Shown in pieces: positions 10,676-20,239 of a stretch of 64,000 nucleotides of DNA. The DNA lies in IMG/VR virus record IMGVR_UViG_3300010885_017808, positions 524 through 64,523 of that record; one strand, written 5' to 3'. The notes under the pieces were generated by a model, which saw only the letters and a list, made by a program, of their open reading frames with translations, had not been told where the DNA came from and did not search any database. Source of the DNA: a virus. Its lineage: Duplodnaviria > Caudoviricetes. The position numbers and the translations under genes are program-made. The number at the start of each line of letters is the position of its first letter. The first letter of the stretch is position 1.

Positions 10676-10704
10676 TTGACTCTCACAGTGTAACATGTTA
10701 AAAT
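10676..10704 (+). promoter_or_regulatory. sigma70-type promoter, leaderless
   Basis: TTGACT-N17-TAAAAT with extended TG, 6 nt before ATG 10711. Confidence 0.7.
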
Positions 10705-10710
10705 AGTTAG

Positions 10711-11898
10711 ATGTCAACCTCTGTATATATTGAAGATACCTTCGTAGAATTTTTTGTATTATGTGGAACTCATACGACAATTCTACAAAAATCAGATTCA
10801 AGTGCATGCGATAGTTTTTATAATCAGATAGCTGCCGGAAAGAAACTAACTGCTAATCAGGGTGCATATCTTTTAAAAATTTTAGAAAAGTATAAACACT
10901 TTGCTAAAAAGTGCGGATTAGATTTTACTGATATATTACCTAATCTTGTTTGGAAAAATCCATTTAGAACTTTAGATTTAACAAAATCTATATTTGTTGA
11001 ACAGACAGAAACTGATATTAATGTTTGTTTAAAGTTTCCCTATTCCTTAAAGAAAGAGTTTGAAACTGAGATTGAAAATTCCAAAGGAGAACTTGTTAGC
11101 CAATGGGATCATAATAGGCAGTTACGAGTAATGAATTTGTATAATCAGAATATTATACATCTACATGAATTTTGTCAAAAATATAACTTTGAAATAGATA
11201 ATTCTTTTCTTGATGCTGTAAGTCAAGTAGAAGAAATTTGGCAGCATCAACACGATGTAATTTGCTATAGCACTGTTGAAAATGATACAGTTGTACTACA
11301 CAATGCCGTAGAATCTTCGCAGACATACTGGGAAGAACATAAAACTGATTCAGTTAATCACAACATGTTTTTAGCAAAAGTTATGGGATATCCTGTTAGC
11401 ATTGAAGGAGCTCCAAAAACAATAATTGATAAAATTTCATCAACAGACGAGAAATCTTTTTGGATTAAGTCAATAGATAGTTTTTTTGAACTGTACAATG
11501 ATATAGGTGGAATTGCCTGTGTGTTGTTAGACAGAAATACTAAAAATGTTGTAGAATGGTTAGAACATTTTGTAAGAGCAGCTGAGTTACATAATGCACG
11601 GAATTTAATTAAGGTGTGTTTTAGAGACGAAGCTGACAAAAATTCCAATCTAAATACCTGGATCAAAGAACAAGGTCTAGGTGGAAAAGTTGATGAGGGT
11701 CGTATTTTAATATTCAATCATAAACCGCCCAAGTGGTTGTTTACTAAGAATATAGATGTTAAAATCGTAGTAACAAATAGTTATACTCCTCATAATGAAC
11801 CCGTTGCGGCTTCGTGGTTAGCAAGCCACTCCTGTATATGTTATGTGGGAGAAATTACACCTACTCCCCCGAGGAATAAAAAAATTGTCAGTTTGTAA
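10711..11898 (+). CDS. hypothetical protein upstream of uvsW
   Basis: 395-aa ORF with its own promoter. Confidence 0.7.
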   Translation: MSTSVYIEDTFVEFFVLCGTHTTILQKSDSSACDSFYNQIAAGKKLTANQGAYLLKILEKYKHFAKKCGLDFTDILPNLVWKNPFRTLDLTKSIFVEQTETDINVCLKFPYSLKKEFETEIENSKGELVSQWDHNRQLRVMNLYNQNIIHLHEFCQKYNFEIDNSFLDAVSQVEEIWQHQHDVICYSTVENDTVVLHNAVESSQTYWEEHKTDSVNHNMFLAKVMGYPVSIEGAPKTIIDKISSTDEKSFWIKSIDSFFELYNDIGGIACVLLDRNTKNVVEWLEHFVRAAELHNARNLIKVCFRDEADKNSNLNTWIKEQGLGGKVDEGRILIFNHKPPKWLFTKNIDVKIVVTNSYTPHNEPVAASWLASHSCICYVGEITPTPPRNKKIVSL

Positions 11899-13339
11899 AT
11901 TAATAATAAAAGACGAAGTAAACATTAAGTGTGAAGGCTTAAGTGTTGAAACTAGGCGTAAAATTGTCAACAAACTAAAATTTGATTTGCCTTACGCTCG
12001 TCACATGCCTGCTTACAAATTGGGTCGTTGGGATGGCACTAAAACATATTTTGGTATTGGCGGAAACGGTTATCTTGCACACCTAGATGTTATTCTACCT
12101 ATCATCCAAGACTCTGGATATGAAATAGATATTGAAGATTTACGTCATCATAGCAAAATAGAATTTACACACGTTACTGAAAATTATTGGGCAGACAAAG
12201 GCAAGACTTGGCCCAAAGGTCACCCTAATGCTGGAGATCCGATTGTACTTCGTGATTATCAATACGATGTAGTCAATAAATTTTGCGATAATCCTCAAGC
12301 ATTACAAGAAGTTGCTACCGGTGCTGGCAAGACAATTACCACAGCTACACTGAGTCACCTTAGTGAAAAATACGGACGAACAATGGTTATTGTTCCTAAT
12401 AAAAGTCTAGTAGTACAAACTGAAGAAGATTATAAGAACCTAGGACTTGATGTTGGTGTATACTTCGGTGATCGTAAAGAACTAGGAAAAACCCATACTA
12501 TCTGTACTTGGCAAAGTCTTAATGTACTAGACAAAAATAGTTATGACGGCGATGCCTTATCTTTAGCAGAATTTATAGAAGGTGTAGCAGCTATTATTGT
12601 TGACGAAGTACATCAAGCTAAAGCAGAAGTACTTACTAAACTATTAACTCAAAACTTTAAAAACTGTGCCATACGATGGGGATTGACTGGAACTATACCT
12701 AAAGAAGCTTGGGAGTTTCAAGGCATTTTAGCTAGTATTGGTCCAGTTATTAATCAAGTTTCTGCACACGACCTACAAGAAAAAGGTGTGTTGGCACAGT
12801 TACAGATTAATATTTTACAAACAAATGAAGTACAGGCGTTTAGAAGTTTTGCAGACGAATATGCGTTCTTAGTCACCGACGACTCACGTGTTACTTGGTT
12901 GGCAAATAAAATTAAAGAATTGGCATTAACGGGAAACACATTGGTGTTAATTAATAGAATTGACACCGGCAATAAATTAATAGAACGTATTCCTGAAGCT
13001 GTCTTTGTTAGTGGTGGAATGAAACTTGACGACAGGAAAGATGAATATGATGAAATTAAAACAAGCAATGACAAGATTATTGTGGCGACTTATGGTGTGG
13101 CCGCTGTGGGTATTAATATTCCAAGGATTTTTAATTTGGTTCTTGTGGAACCCGGAAAGAGCTTTGTCAGAGTTATACAGAGTATTGGGCGAGGCATTAG
13201 AAAAGCGCAGGACAAAGACCACGTTGAGATCTGGGATATCACGTCCGCCTGCAAATATTCCAAGAGACATCTTACTGAAAGAAAGAAGTACTATAAAGAG
13301 GCGAAGTACCCCTTTACAATAACAAAAGTGAACATATGA
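11843..13339 (+). CDS. uvsW: SF2 helicase UvsW
   Basis: ATGAGKT, DEVH, TGT, QSIGRGIR; start may be slightly downstream. Confidence 0.9.
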   Translation: MWEKLHLLPRGIKKLSVCKLIIKDEVNIKCEGLSVETRRKIVNKLKFDLPYARHMPAYKLGRWDGTKTYFGIGGNGYLAHLDVILPIIQDSGYEIDIEDLRHHSKIEFTHVTENYWADKGKTWPKGHPNAGDPIVLRDYQYDVVNKFCDNPQALQEVATGAGKTITTATLSHLSEKYGRTMVIVPNKSLVVQTEEDYKNLGLDVGVYFGDRKELGKTHTICTWQSLNVLDKNSYDGDALSLAEFIEGVAAIIVDEVHQAKAEVLTKLLTQNFKNCAIRWGLTGTIPKEAWEFQGILASIGPVINQVSAHDLQEKGVLAQLQINILQTNEVQAFRSFADEYAFLVTDDSRVTWLANKIKELALTGNTLVLINRIDTGNKLIERIPEAVFVSGGMKLDDRKDEYDEIKTSNDKIIVATYGVAAVGINIPRIFNLVLVEPGKSFVRVIQSIGRGIRKAQDKDHVEIWDITSACKYSKRHLTERKKYYKEAKYPFTITKVNI

Positions 13340-13842
13340 AAATTTTAACATTAAACAATAGATCTTTTGATCTAAATGATTTACCAGACGAAGTTGATGA
13401 AGATACTCGATTTTCAGTCCTTGATAACAGCAATCCCAGCGAACCGGATTTCTATTTTATGCCACTGATTTTTTTAGAATCATTTAATAGTCCGGCTATT
13501 TTATTAAACATCGGAGGCTACGAAGTACAGATGCCTTTGGATTGGTGTATGATAGTCGGAGATAAGGATTGTGGTCTAGATCCAGAAGTATTACCGTTAA
13601 CTAGTTTAAACGAACGAGGATTTGATGCATTCTCTTTTAATCCTGTAAACGGATTTAAATGTGAATACTACCCTATCGAAATTGTAAATATCTATCAAGA
13701 TGTTCGGTGGTACTTTCCTAAAATGAAAAATGGACAACTGTTAACAGTGCCATTACACGACGGCCCTAGTCCGCCGTGTGTATTTTTTGTCAAAGAAATA
13801 AGTAGACAGAGCGAAATCTTACAATTAGATAAGGTGATTTAA
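13336..13842 (+). CDS. hypothetical protein (possible degenerate Hint fold)
   Basis: ATGA-coupled to uvsW; beta-rich. Confidence 0.6.
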   Translation: MKILTLNNRSFDLNDLPDEVDEDTRFSVLDNSNPSEPDFYFMPLIFLESFNSPAILLNIGGYEVQMPLDWCMIVGDKDCGLDPEVLPLTSLNERGFDAFSFNPVNGFKCEYYPIEIVNIYQDVRWYFPKMKNGQLLTVPLHDGPSPPCVFFVKEISRQSEILQLDKVI

Positions 13843-14199
13843 ATGAAAGCAGGAAAAGTTTGGGGAGTTACCGAATTGCTAGAAGCAAACGGAGTATTAG
13901 AATTCCATCGATTAGAAGCAAGGGCCGGCGGCGTTTGTTCTAAACATAAACACAAATATAAGTGGAATGGATTCTTTGTAGAATCTGGAGAAATGATTGT
14001 TCGAGTATGGAAAAACAACTACGATCTAGTAGATGAAACAATACTAACAGCTGGACAATATACAAAAGTTGCTCCGGGCGAATATCATCAATTCGAAGCA
14101 GTAACTGATATTGTAGCATTTGAATTGTATTGGGCAGAGTTTGATCATGACGATATTGAGCGGGAAACTGTGGGGTTTAACAAACATGGGACAGCTTAA
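13843..14199 (+). CDS. cupin-domain protein
   Basis: KVWG..CSKHKH..PGEYHQF. Confidence 0.75.
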   Translation: MKAGKVWGVTELLEANGVLEFHRLEARAGGVCSKHKHKYKWNGFFVESGEMIVRVWKNNYDLVDETILTAGQYTKVAPGEYHQFEAVTDIVAFELYWAEFDHDDIERETVGFNKHGTA

Positions 14200-14461
14200 A
14201 GAAAACACATCGTACATATACGAACGTGCCGACGGTATAGTCTACGCTAGAGAATTCGGCTCTGATCCAGCCACTCGTAAAGAAATTGGCTGGACTTACG
14301 ATAACAGAACTAATGACGGACGACCGTTACAAGAACATATTAAAGAAGATCAGTTGTGGGGTGAAATCCGTCGAATGGCTAAAACTAATCCTACTTTACA
14401 AGAGGCTATAGATCGTGTTAAAATAATCTACTTACTGAGTAAAGACAATGGGAAAAAATAA
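14186..14461 (+). CDS. hypothetical protein
   Basis: ORF starting MGQLKE. Confidence 0.55.
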   Translation: MGQLKENTSYIYERADGIVYAREFGSDPATRKEIGWTYDNRTNDGRPLQEHIKEDQLWGEIRRMAKTNPTLQEAIDRVKIIYLLSKDNGKK

Positions 14462-14927
14462 ACACGTAGATCTTTTTAGCGACATGATCCCGGCAGTGGA
14501 CATGGGCATGAAAGAATTGTGGGATGCTGTAACTGAAGAAGGCCGAAAAGAAATTAAAGGCGATTTTTGGAATCTTAATCGATATATCAGCAATGTTAAA
14601 AGTAATAATAGAGAATTACAAGAACATTTTTTATTAACTACAAACGAATTTTATAATAAAAACTGGTCGCTGATACAGAAACATCCTAAGCTGGTTTGGC
14701 AGACATTGTGTTTGTGTAGTCACGATTCAAAGAAAACTTATTTTCACGAATGGCTTCCTCTTAAAAAACAAAAAGATAAAAAAGTAGAATTTTTAGCAAA
14801 CTTATTTCCAGATATGAAAATATCTGATATAGAAACGTTGGCTGCTATTACAACTGATAAAGAGATTAAAGAATATGCTAAGGACCTTGGTTGGGACAAA
14901 AAGCAAATTAATGAAATTAAATTATAA
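14448..14927 (+). CDS. clamp-loader small subunit (gp62)-like
   Basis: LNRYIS..NEFYN..KHPKL..HEWL pattern, size and context. Confidence 0.45.
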   Translation: MGKNKHVDLFSDMIPAVDMGMKELWDAVTEEGRKEIKGDFWNLNRYISNVKSNNRELQEHFLLTTNEFYNKNWSLIQKHPKLVWQTLCLCSHDSKKTYFHEWLPLKKQKDKKVEFLANLFPDMKISDIETLAAITTDKEIKEYAKDLGWDKKQINEIKL

Positions 14928-15594
14928 GTGTGAATTCTGTGAAAAACTATTTGCTAAAGAAAAAACTTTAGTAATACACATCTGTGAGCAAAAACGCAGA
15001 TACTTAGGAAAATCTGAAAAACACGTACAACTAGGTTTGTTAACTTTTCAACGATTCTATGAATTAACACAAAAGGCAGCTAAACCTAAAACGTTTGATG
15101 AATTTGCTACAAGTAGTTTTTACACAGCATTTGTAAAATTTGGCAGTTTCCTATCTAACACAAATCCGATATATCCGGAAAGATTTATTGACTTTGTTGT
15201 TAAGAGTGGGATTAAACTTGACCATTGGTGTCGAGATGAACTGTATGACAAATATATTAGTGAGCTTATTAAAATTGAGCCTGCTGATGGAGCAATACAA
15301 AGAACTATCAAAACCATGATAGATTGGAGTGATGCAAATAAAGCACCCTGGGAGCATTATTTTGCATATGTAAATTTAAACAGAGCCACACACGATATTA
15401 AAGAAGGATTGATAAGTCCTTGGGTAGTGTTAAATAGCAAGTCAGGAAAAGACATGTTAAAAAGAATGAACGACGAGCAATTAGACATTATTGGTGCAGT
15501 AATTGACCCGCAACACTGGGCTCGTAAATTTAAAACTATGCCTGCCGATGTAGAATTAGTAAAAGCAGTACTTAAGGAGGCGAAGATATTGTAA
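14911..15594 (+). CDS. hypothetical protein with N-terminal Zn finger
   Basis: YKCEFCEKLF..HIC. Confidence 0.65.
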   Translation: MKLNYKCEFCEKLFAKEKTLVIHICEQKRRYLGKSEKHVQLGLLTFQRFYELTQKAAKPKTFDEFATSSFYTAFVKFGSFLSNTNPIYPERFIDFVVKSGIKLDHWCRDELYDKYISELIKIEPADGAIQRTIKTMIDWSDANKAPWEHYFAYVNLNRATHDIKEGLISPWVVLNSKSGKDMLKRMNDEQLDIIGAVIDPQHWARKFKTMPADVELVKAVLKEAKIL

Positions 15595-15812
15595 TGCCAA
15601 AAAGACCAGAACCACCCGAAGAAGAATTAAAACATAACGAAGAATTTATTTCTCGTGATGATATAGACATTGAAGTTGTTATAGGCGAAGAATCTCCGGA
15701 TGTGTATGTTAAATTTAGCGGATTTGATGATGCTGAAGATGCCGAAGAGTATGCGCAATTTTTAGCAGAAACGCTGCCACTCTTATTGTTTGAAAGTACA
15801 AGGTTACAATAA
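15594..15812 (+). CDS. acidic hypothetical protein
   Basis: AGGAGG SD; stop/start overlaps. Confidence 0.55.
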   Translation: MPKRPEPPEEELKHNEEFISRDDIDIEVVIGEESPDVYVKFSGFDDAEDAEEYAQFLAETLPLLLFESTRLQ

Positions 15813-16390
15813 TGCCCGATATTGACATAGACTTTTTAGATAGAGAAAAAGCATTGACACTTTTTAAACATACTGTAGCAAGTAGAAAGGAAGATGCTAA
15901 GTTAGTTAAACATAACACAGGAGTTTATCTTCACGAAGTTCCTGTTGATCCAATAACTGGTCTATGTTCTGTTCCCTATGACGAAGCAGACGATAGCGGA
16001 TATTTTAAAATAGATTTTTTAAACGTTGGAATTTATAAAGGTGTTCGCGACGAAGAACACCTAGTTCAATTAATGAATCAGGAGCCACTATGGGATCTAT
16101 TACTTCAGGACGAATTTGTAAATCTGTTATTTCATTTGAACGGGCATGGGGATATAATCCGGAAGACCCTGCCGACTTCCGTGGAACAATTATCTGCCGT
16201 CCTAGCAATGATCCGCCCTGCCAAACGTTATCTGATTGGGAAGCCATGGACGACGATTATGACGGAAGTTTGGACCAAGCCCGAGACTGGTGAGTACTAC
16301 TTTAAGAAGAGTCATGCTACAGCTTATGCTGTGGCCATTGTAGTGCAGATGAATTTAATCTGTGAACAAATCAGCTACGGATATACCTAA
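15812..16390 (+). CDS. minimal DNA polymerase III alpha (family C)-like protein
   Basis: MPDIDIDF, HNTG, KIDFL, IRP, FKKSHATAYA in 192 aa. Confidence 0.8.
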   Translation: MPDIDIDFLDREKALTLFKHTVASRKEDAKLVKHNTGVYLHEVPVDPITGLCSVPYDEADDSGYFKIDFLNVGIYKGVRDEEHLVQLMNQEPLWDLLLQDEFVNLLFHLNGHGDIIRKTLPTSVEQLSAVLAMIRPAKRYLIGKPWTTIMTEVWTKPETGEYYFKKSHATAYAVAIVVQMNLICEQISYGYT

Positions 16391-16956
16391 TGAACTTTGA
16401 CGCATTTAGTTCTGCACAACTGCAAAGTAAATTGTGGATGGTAGAGAAATTAGAATTTACACTAAACGAAAATATACCAACTGATAGTAGTAATGGTTTT
16501 AGAATTTGGATTTTAGCAGGGTGGTATGGATTAGCTAATTTATTAATAAGAACAAGAAATATCCTTCCTGTTTTAGAAGTTCGTAGTTTTGATATCGATC
16601 CCGAATGTGAATCTATAGCCGATGCTATTAATAACTTATGGGTTTGGCAAGCATGGCAATTTAAAGCACACACTGGCGATATTAATCAACTGACATATGA
16701 GCCTAGACCAGACGTAGTAATTAATACTGCGGTAGAGCATATGACATCAAATGAGTGGTGGGAGAACATTCCAAAAGGTACTGTAGTTTGTTTACAATCT
16801 AGTGATATGGATCACTCTGATCATGTAAATACATTTTCTAACTATCGATCATTACAGGAAAAATATCCAATGGAAGAATGGTATTATGAAGGAACCAAAC
16901 GTTTCCAATACGACGATTTTGCATTTAATCGAAGTATGGTTATTGGAGTTAAGTAG
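16390..16956 (+). CDS. SAM-dependent methyltransferase-like
   Basis: ILAGWYG, SFDIDP, INTAVEH. Confidence 0.6.
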   Translation: MNFDAFSSAQLQSKLWMVEKLEFTLNENIPTDSSNGFRIWILAGWYGLANLLIRTRNILPVLEVRSFDIDPECESIADAINNLWVWQAWQFKAHTGDINQLTYEPRPDVVINTAVEHMTSNEWWENIPKGTVVCLQSSDMDHSDHVNTFSNYRSLQEKYPMEEWYYEGTKRFQYDDFAFNRSMVIGVK

Positions 16957-17320
16957 GTTTTCTAACTAATGTAATAGATTTTCTTTTAATACGTTTAACA
17001 ATAATATCGTTTAAACTAGTGCATGGCCCAAACATTATCTTAACATCTTTTGTAGAGAAAGTTCTAATAGAATATCTAAAATTTGATATTTCTCTCAATA
17101 AGAAAATATTAATAGGAATTTGACGATTTGATTCCCACCACCAAGTCTCCCCTAACGCTATAAATTTAGCCTTATCTGGGTCTGACTTGATTAGGCTATA
17201 GTCGTACATACTTGTGACTTGTGCGTCTTGATTGATGATAATTCCCACGTATTCCTGATCTACATGATTTAACACGCTGATAAATGGAAAGTTTTGTTGT
17301 AAGTTTTCTGTTATTCTCAT
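16949..17320 (-). CDS. hypothetical protein
   Basis: 123-aa ORF, WWWESNRQIPI. Confidence 0.6.
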   Translation of the reverse strand: MRITENLQQNFPFISVLNHVDQEYVGIIINQDAQVTSMYDYSLIKSDPDKAKFIALGETWWWESNRQIPINIFLLREISNFRYSIRTFSTKDVKIMFGPCTSLNDIIVKRIKRKSITLVRKPT

Positions 17321-17348
17321 AGATAAATAGTGCTAAAGGTCCATATGT

Positions 17349-18164
17349 ATGCAAGCAATTTCAGTTTATTTATATCCAAACAAGCTCGACGTATTTACAA
17401 ATTTGCCAACCGCTTGGACTACAGAGAGGTATCGAAAAGTGTATAATAGAAATATAAAAGTTTTTAGAGGAGTCGATAATCGAGTAAATCTACAGGTTAA
17501 AAATCCCGATGAGAAAAAACAAGACATTACTGGATCTACTCTAGTATTTCATTTAGTTAGTCGAGAAACGCAGGAATTGCTTATACAAAAGGATTGTGTA
17601 GTATCAGATGCTAGTAAAGGGCAAGTATATGTGATGATATCTGAAGCAGAAGTAAACTTACTTGAATCGGGATTCTATCAGTATTCTATCATAAAAGAAT
17701 TAAGAACACAATTAGATAATAATACACACACTGTAACCAACAGAACTCCGTTATATATCGATAGTCAGTATGGTACTATTGCAACTATAGAAATTGGAGA
17801 CGGCATTAAAGGAGAACCGGTTGATAGTGTTAGGGTAACTGCATTTAGCAAACACCAACCGTTTGGAGAAACATTTACAACCCACTATTTTAGTAGTATT
17901 ATAGATGCTAATCCAAAGGTTACTACTCCTCAGAGTTTACATACATTTCAGCTTAATACGACATCATATTTTGGTAATATAGTATTTCAGGGAAGTATTA
18001 GCGATGGCGGTAATCCAAACGTATGGATTGATTTAGATACTATCACTGCTGTAGGTAATGCTATTCTATATAAGAATATCACAGGTAAGTATAATTGGTT
18101 TAGAGTAAAGCATACTCCTACAATTAGTAACACAGGAACTGTTGACAGCATTTTATACAGATAG
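17349..18164 (+). CDS. putative virion structural protein (BppU-like N-terminus)
   Basis: Beta-rich, GFYQYSI, preceded by late TAAATA motif. Confidence 0.5.
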   Translation: MQAISVYLYPNKLDVFTNLPTAWTTERYRKVYNRNIKVFRGVDNRVNLQVKNPDEKKQDITGSTLVFHLVSRETQELLIQKDCVVSDASKGQVYVMISEAEVNLLESGFYQYSIIKELRTQLDNNTHTVTNRTPLYIDSQYGTIATIEIGDGIKGEPVDSVRVTAFSKHQPFGETFTTHYFSSIIDANPKVTTPQSLHTFQLNTTSYFGNIVFQGSISDGGNPNVWIDLDTITAVGNAILYKNITGKYNWFRVKHTPTISNTGTVDSILYR

Positions 18165-18170
18165 TATAAT
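18142..18170 (+). promoter_or_regulatory. sigma70 consensus promoter, leaderless primase mRNA
   Basis: TTGACA-N17-TATAAT, 6 nt before ATG 18177. Confidence 0.8.
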
Positions 18171-18176
18171 AAATGC

Positions 18177-19187
18177 ATGACTCTGGTTCTCGATAAGTTT
18201 CGCACACTATTACCTAAAACTAAAACTAGCCCAAGTGGCTGGACAAGTTTTAATGCTCCTTGCTGTCACAATCGAGGACATGCTCGAGACACTAGAAAAC
18301 GTGCTGGTGTGATGTTTAGTGACGGAGTTATCTACAACTGTTTTAATTGCAAATTTACAGCAAATTGGCAACCAGGCAGACAACTATCAGAAAAATTCAA
18401 GAGCCTATGTAAGTGGATGGGAGCAAGTGACGACGAAGTCAACACTATGATCTTTGAAGCTATGAAGACTGAGAGCCCAGAATACAAGCCCACTGAATAC
18501 AAACCAAAAATAGAATTTCCTAATAGAGATCTACCCGACGGAGCATTGCCATTAGCCGAATGGATCGATGCTACTCTTACCTTTGATGAAGAACAACAGT
18601 TAATAAAAGTTGTAGAGTATGTTGTTAATCGAGGATTTGATCCTGTAAGTAAAGATTTTTATTGGACACCCGTACCTGGATTTATCGATAGGGTAATATT
18701 GCCATACTACTATGAAGGCAGAATTGTAGGGAATACCACACGTAAAATAACAGAAGGTAAACCTAAATATGTATCTGATCAGCCGCCATTCTTTGTCTAT
18801 AATAGTGACAATCAAGATGATGCTAACAAATATGTATTTGTTGTTGAGGGTCAGTTCGATGCTCTATCTGTAGGGGGTGTAGCGTTACTTACTAATGAAG
18901 TATCTGAGCAACAGGCTAGGATAATTAATAATATGGGTAAGACAGTTATTGTTATTCCGGATCAAGACAAAGCAGGTACAATGTTAATGGAACAAGCAGT
19001 GGCATTAGATTGGCATGTGGCATTTCCTTCTTGGAGCAATGACATAAAAGATTGTGCAGATGCTGTGCAGAAGTACGGAAAATTATTTGTAGTAGTCGAT
19101 GCCATAAAGACTGCAACTACAAACCCTGCTAAAATAGAAATTGAAAGATTAAAGTTATTAAAAAAATTGGAGTTGCGTAATGTTTAA
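18177..19187 (+). CDS. DNA primase (gp61-like)
   Basis: Zn-binding PCC..CFNC; TOPRIM VVEGQFDA, PDQD. Confidence 0.85.
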   Translation: MTLVLDKFRTLLPKTKTSPSGWTSFNAPCCHNRGHARDTRKRAGVMFSDGVIYNCFNCKFTANWQPGRQLSEKFKSLCKWMGASDDEVNTMIFEAMKTESPEYKPTEYKPKIEFPNRDLPDGALPLAEWIDATLTFDEEQQLIKVVEYVVNRGFDPVSKDFYWTPVPGFIDRVILPYYYEGRIVGNTTRKITEGKPKYVSDQPPFFVYNSDNQDDANKYVFVVEGQFDALSVGGVALLTNEVSEQQARIINNMGKTVIVIPDQDKAGTMLMEQAVALDWHVAFPSWSNDIKDCADAVQKYGKLFVVVDAIKTATTNPAKIEIERLKLLKKLELRNV

Positions 19188-19296
19188 AAAAATATTATCT
19201 ATCATCATATATCCTTATACAAAATATCAAGAACGTAAAGCATGGAAAAAACGTTTAGAAGAACTACGTAAACGTGATCCCTTTATCTACAAATGA
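19180..19296 (+). CDS. 38-aa peptide ending RKRDPFIYK (not in ORF track)
   Basis: GGAG SD; overlaps primase stop; ATGA-coupled to carbamoyltransferase. Confidence 0.6.
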   Translation: MFKKILSIIIYPYTKYQERKAWKKRLEELRKRDPFIYK

Positions 19297-20231
19297 TACA
19301 CTGGGGAATCAATGCACTGAATCACGGCAGCAGTCTAGCGGTATTTAAGGACGGCTCGTTAGTTCAACAAACTTCACACAGTTCAGATCGTGTCAGCGAT
19401 TTAGATACTGTAGGAGCATTACATTACGGTGCACCGGATCGTATCTTCTGGTATGAACGTCCGTGGATTAAAAAAGCCCGTCAGCTATATGCAGGACAAT
19501 ATTCTACAGCATTAGATATGTCAGTGTTGCCAAAAAAACATTTGAAACAATTTAAATATGCGCCAGTCACTTATACACCGCATCATGCCAGCCATGCAGC
19601 CGCAGGCTACTATACCAGTCCTTTTAATCATTGCGCTGTTGTGGTACTCGACGCTATAGGCGAGTTTGAATGTGCAACTATCTGGGAAGGTAAGCACGGA
19701 GAAATGCGTAAAGTGTGGAGCAGAAGTTATCCGCACAGTCTAGGATTGTTCTATAGTGCGTTTACTAAGTTAGTTGGCTTGACTCCTATTAAAGACGAAT
19801 ACCTGTTACAAAAAATGGCAGAGCAAGGTGATCCAGATCGTTACTATAGGACAATGTTGGATTATATGACAGGCTTAATTGAATCAGGTTATAATATGCA
19901 TCGTGGCATATTAAATTGGCCGCACGACATTGTCAATTTACAAGACCAATGCGACATTGCAGCCGCAGTACAAACTGTATTTGAAACTCAAATACAACGT
20001 GTTATGAGCAAGGCCAAAGAATTAACCAACGCAGATTCTCTAGTATACATGGGCGGCTGTGCTATGAATAGTAAGACAAACCAAACAATAGTTGAACCTA
20101 TGTGGAAGTATCGATGGAGTTTACCGCAACCTGGGGATCCTAGTAGTAGCATTGGCGCAGTATTGTATCACACCAAGAACCGAGTTCGTTGGGACGGATC
20201 TCTTGCAAAGCACCTAACAATTAATGTATAA
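19293..20231 (+). CDS. carbamoyltransferase (NodU/CmcH/TobZ family), N-terminal Kae1-like domain only
   Basis: HHASHAAAGY, LDAIGE, SLGLFY, GGCAMN, PGD..IGA. Confidence 0.8.
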   Translation: MIHWGINALNHGSSLAVFKDGSLVQQTSHSSDRVSDLDTVGALHYGAPDRIFWYERPWIKKARQLYAGQYSTALDMSVLPKKHLKQFKYAPVTYTPHHASHAAAGYYTSPFNHCAVVVLDAIGEFECATIWEGKHGEMRKVWSRSYPHSLGLFYSAFTKLVGLTPIKDEYLLQKMAEQGDPDRYYRTMLDYMTGLIESGYNMHRGILNWPHDIVNLQDQCDIAAAVQTVFETQIQRVMSKAKELTNADSLVYMGGCAMNSKTNQTIVEPMWKYRWSLPQPGDPSSSIGAVLYHTKNRVRWDGSLAKHLTINV

Positions 20232-20239
20232 TAACTAAT

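Noticed and set aside
15812-16390. dnaE as a pseudogene or split-intein fragment
   Set aside because: The ORF is intact and coupled, has distant motifs in order, and lacks intein termini.
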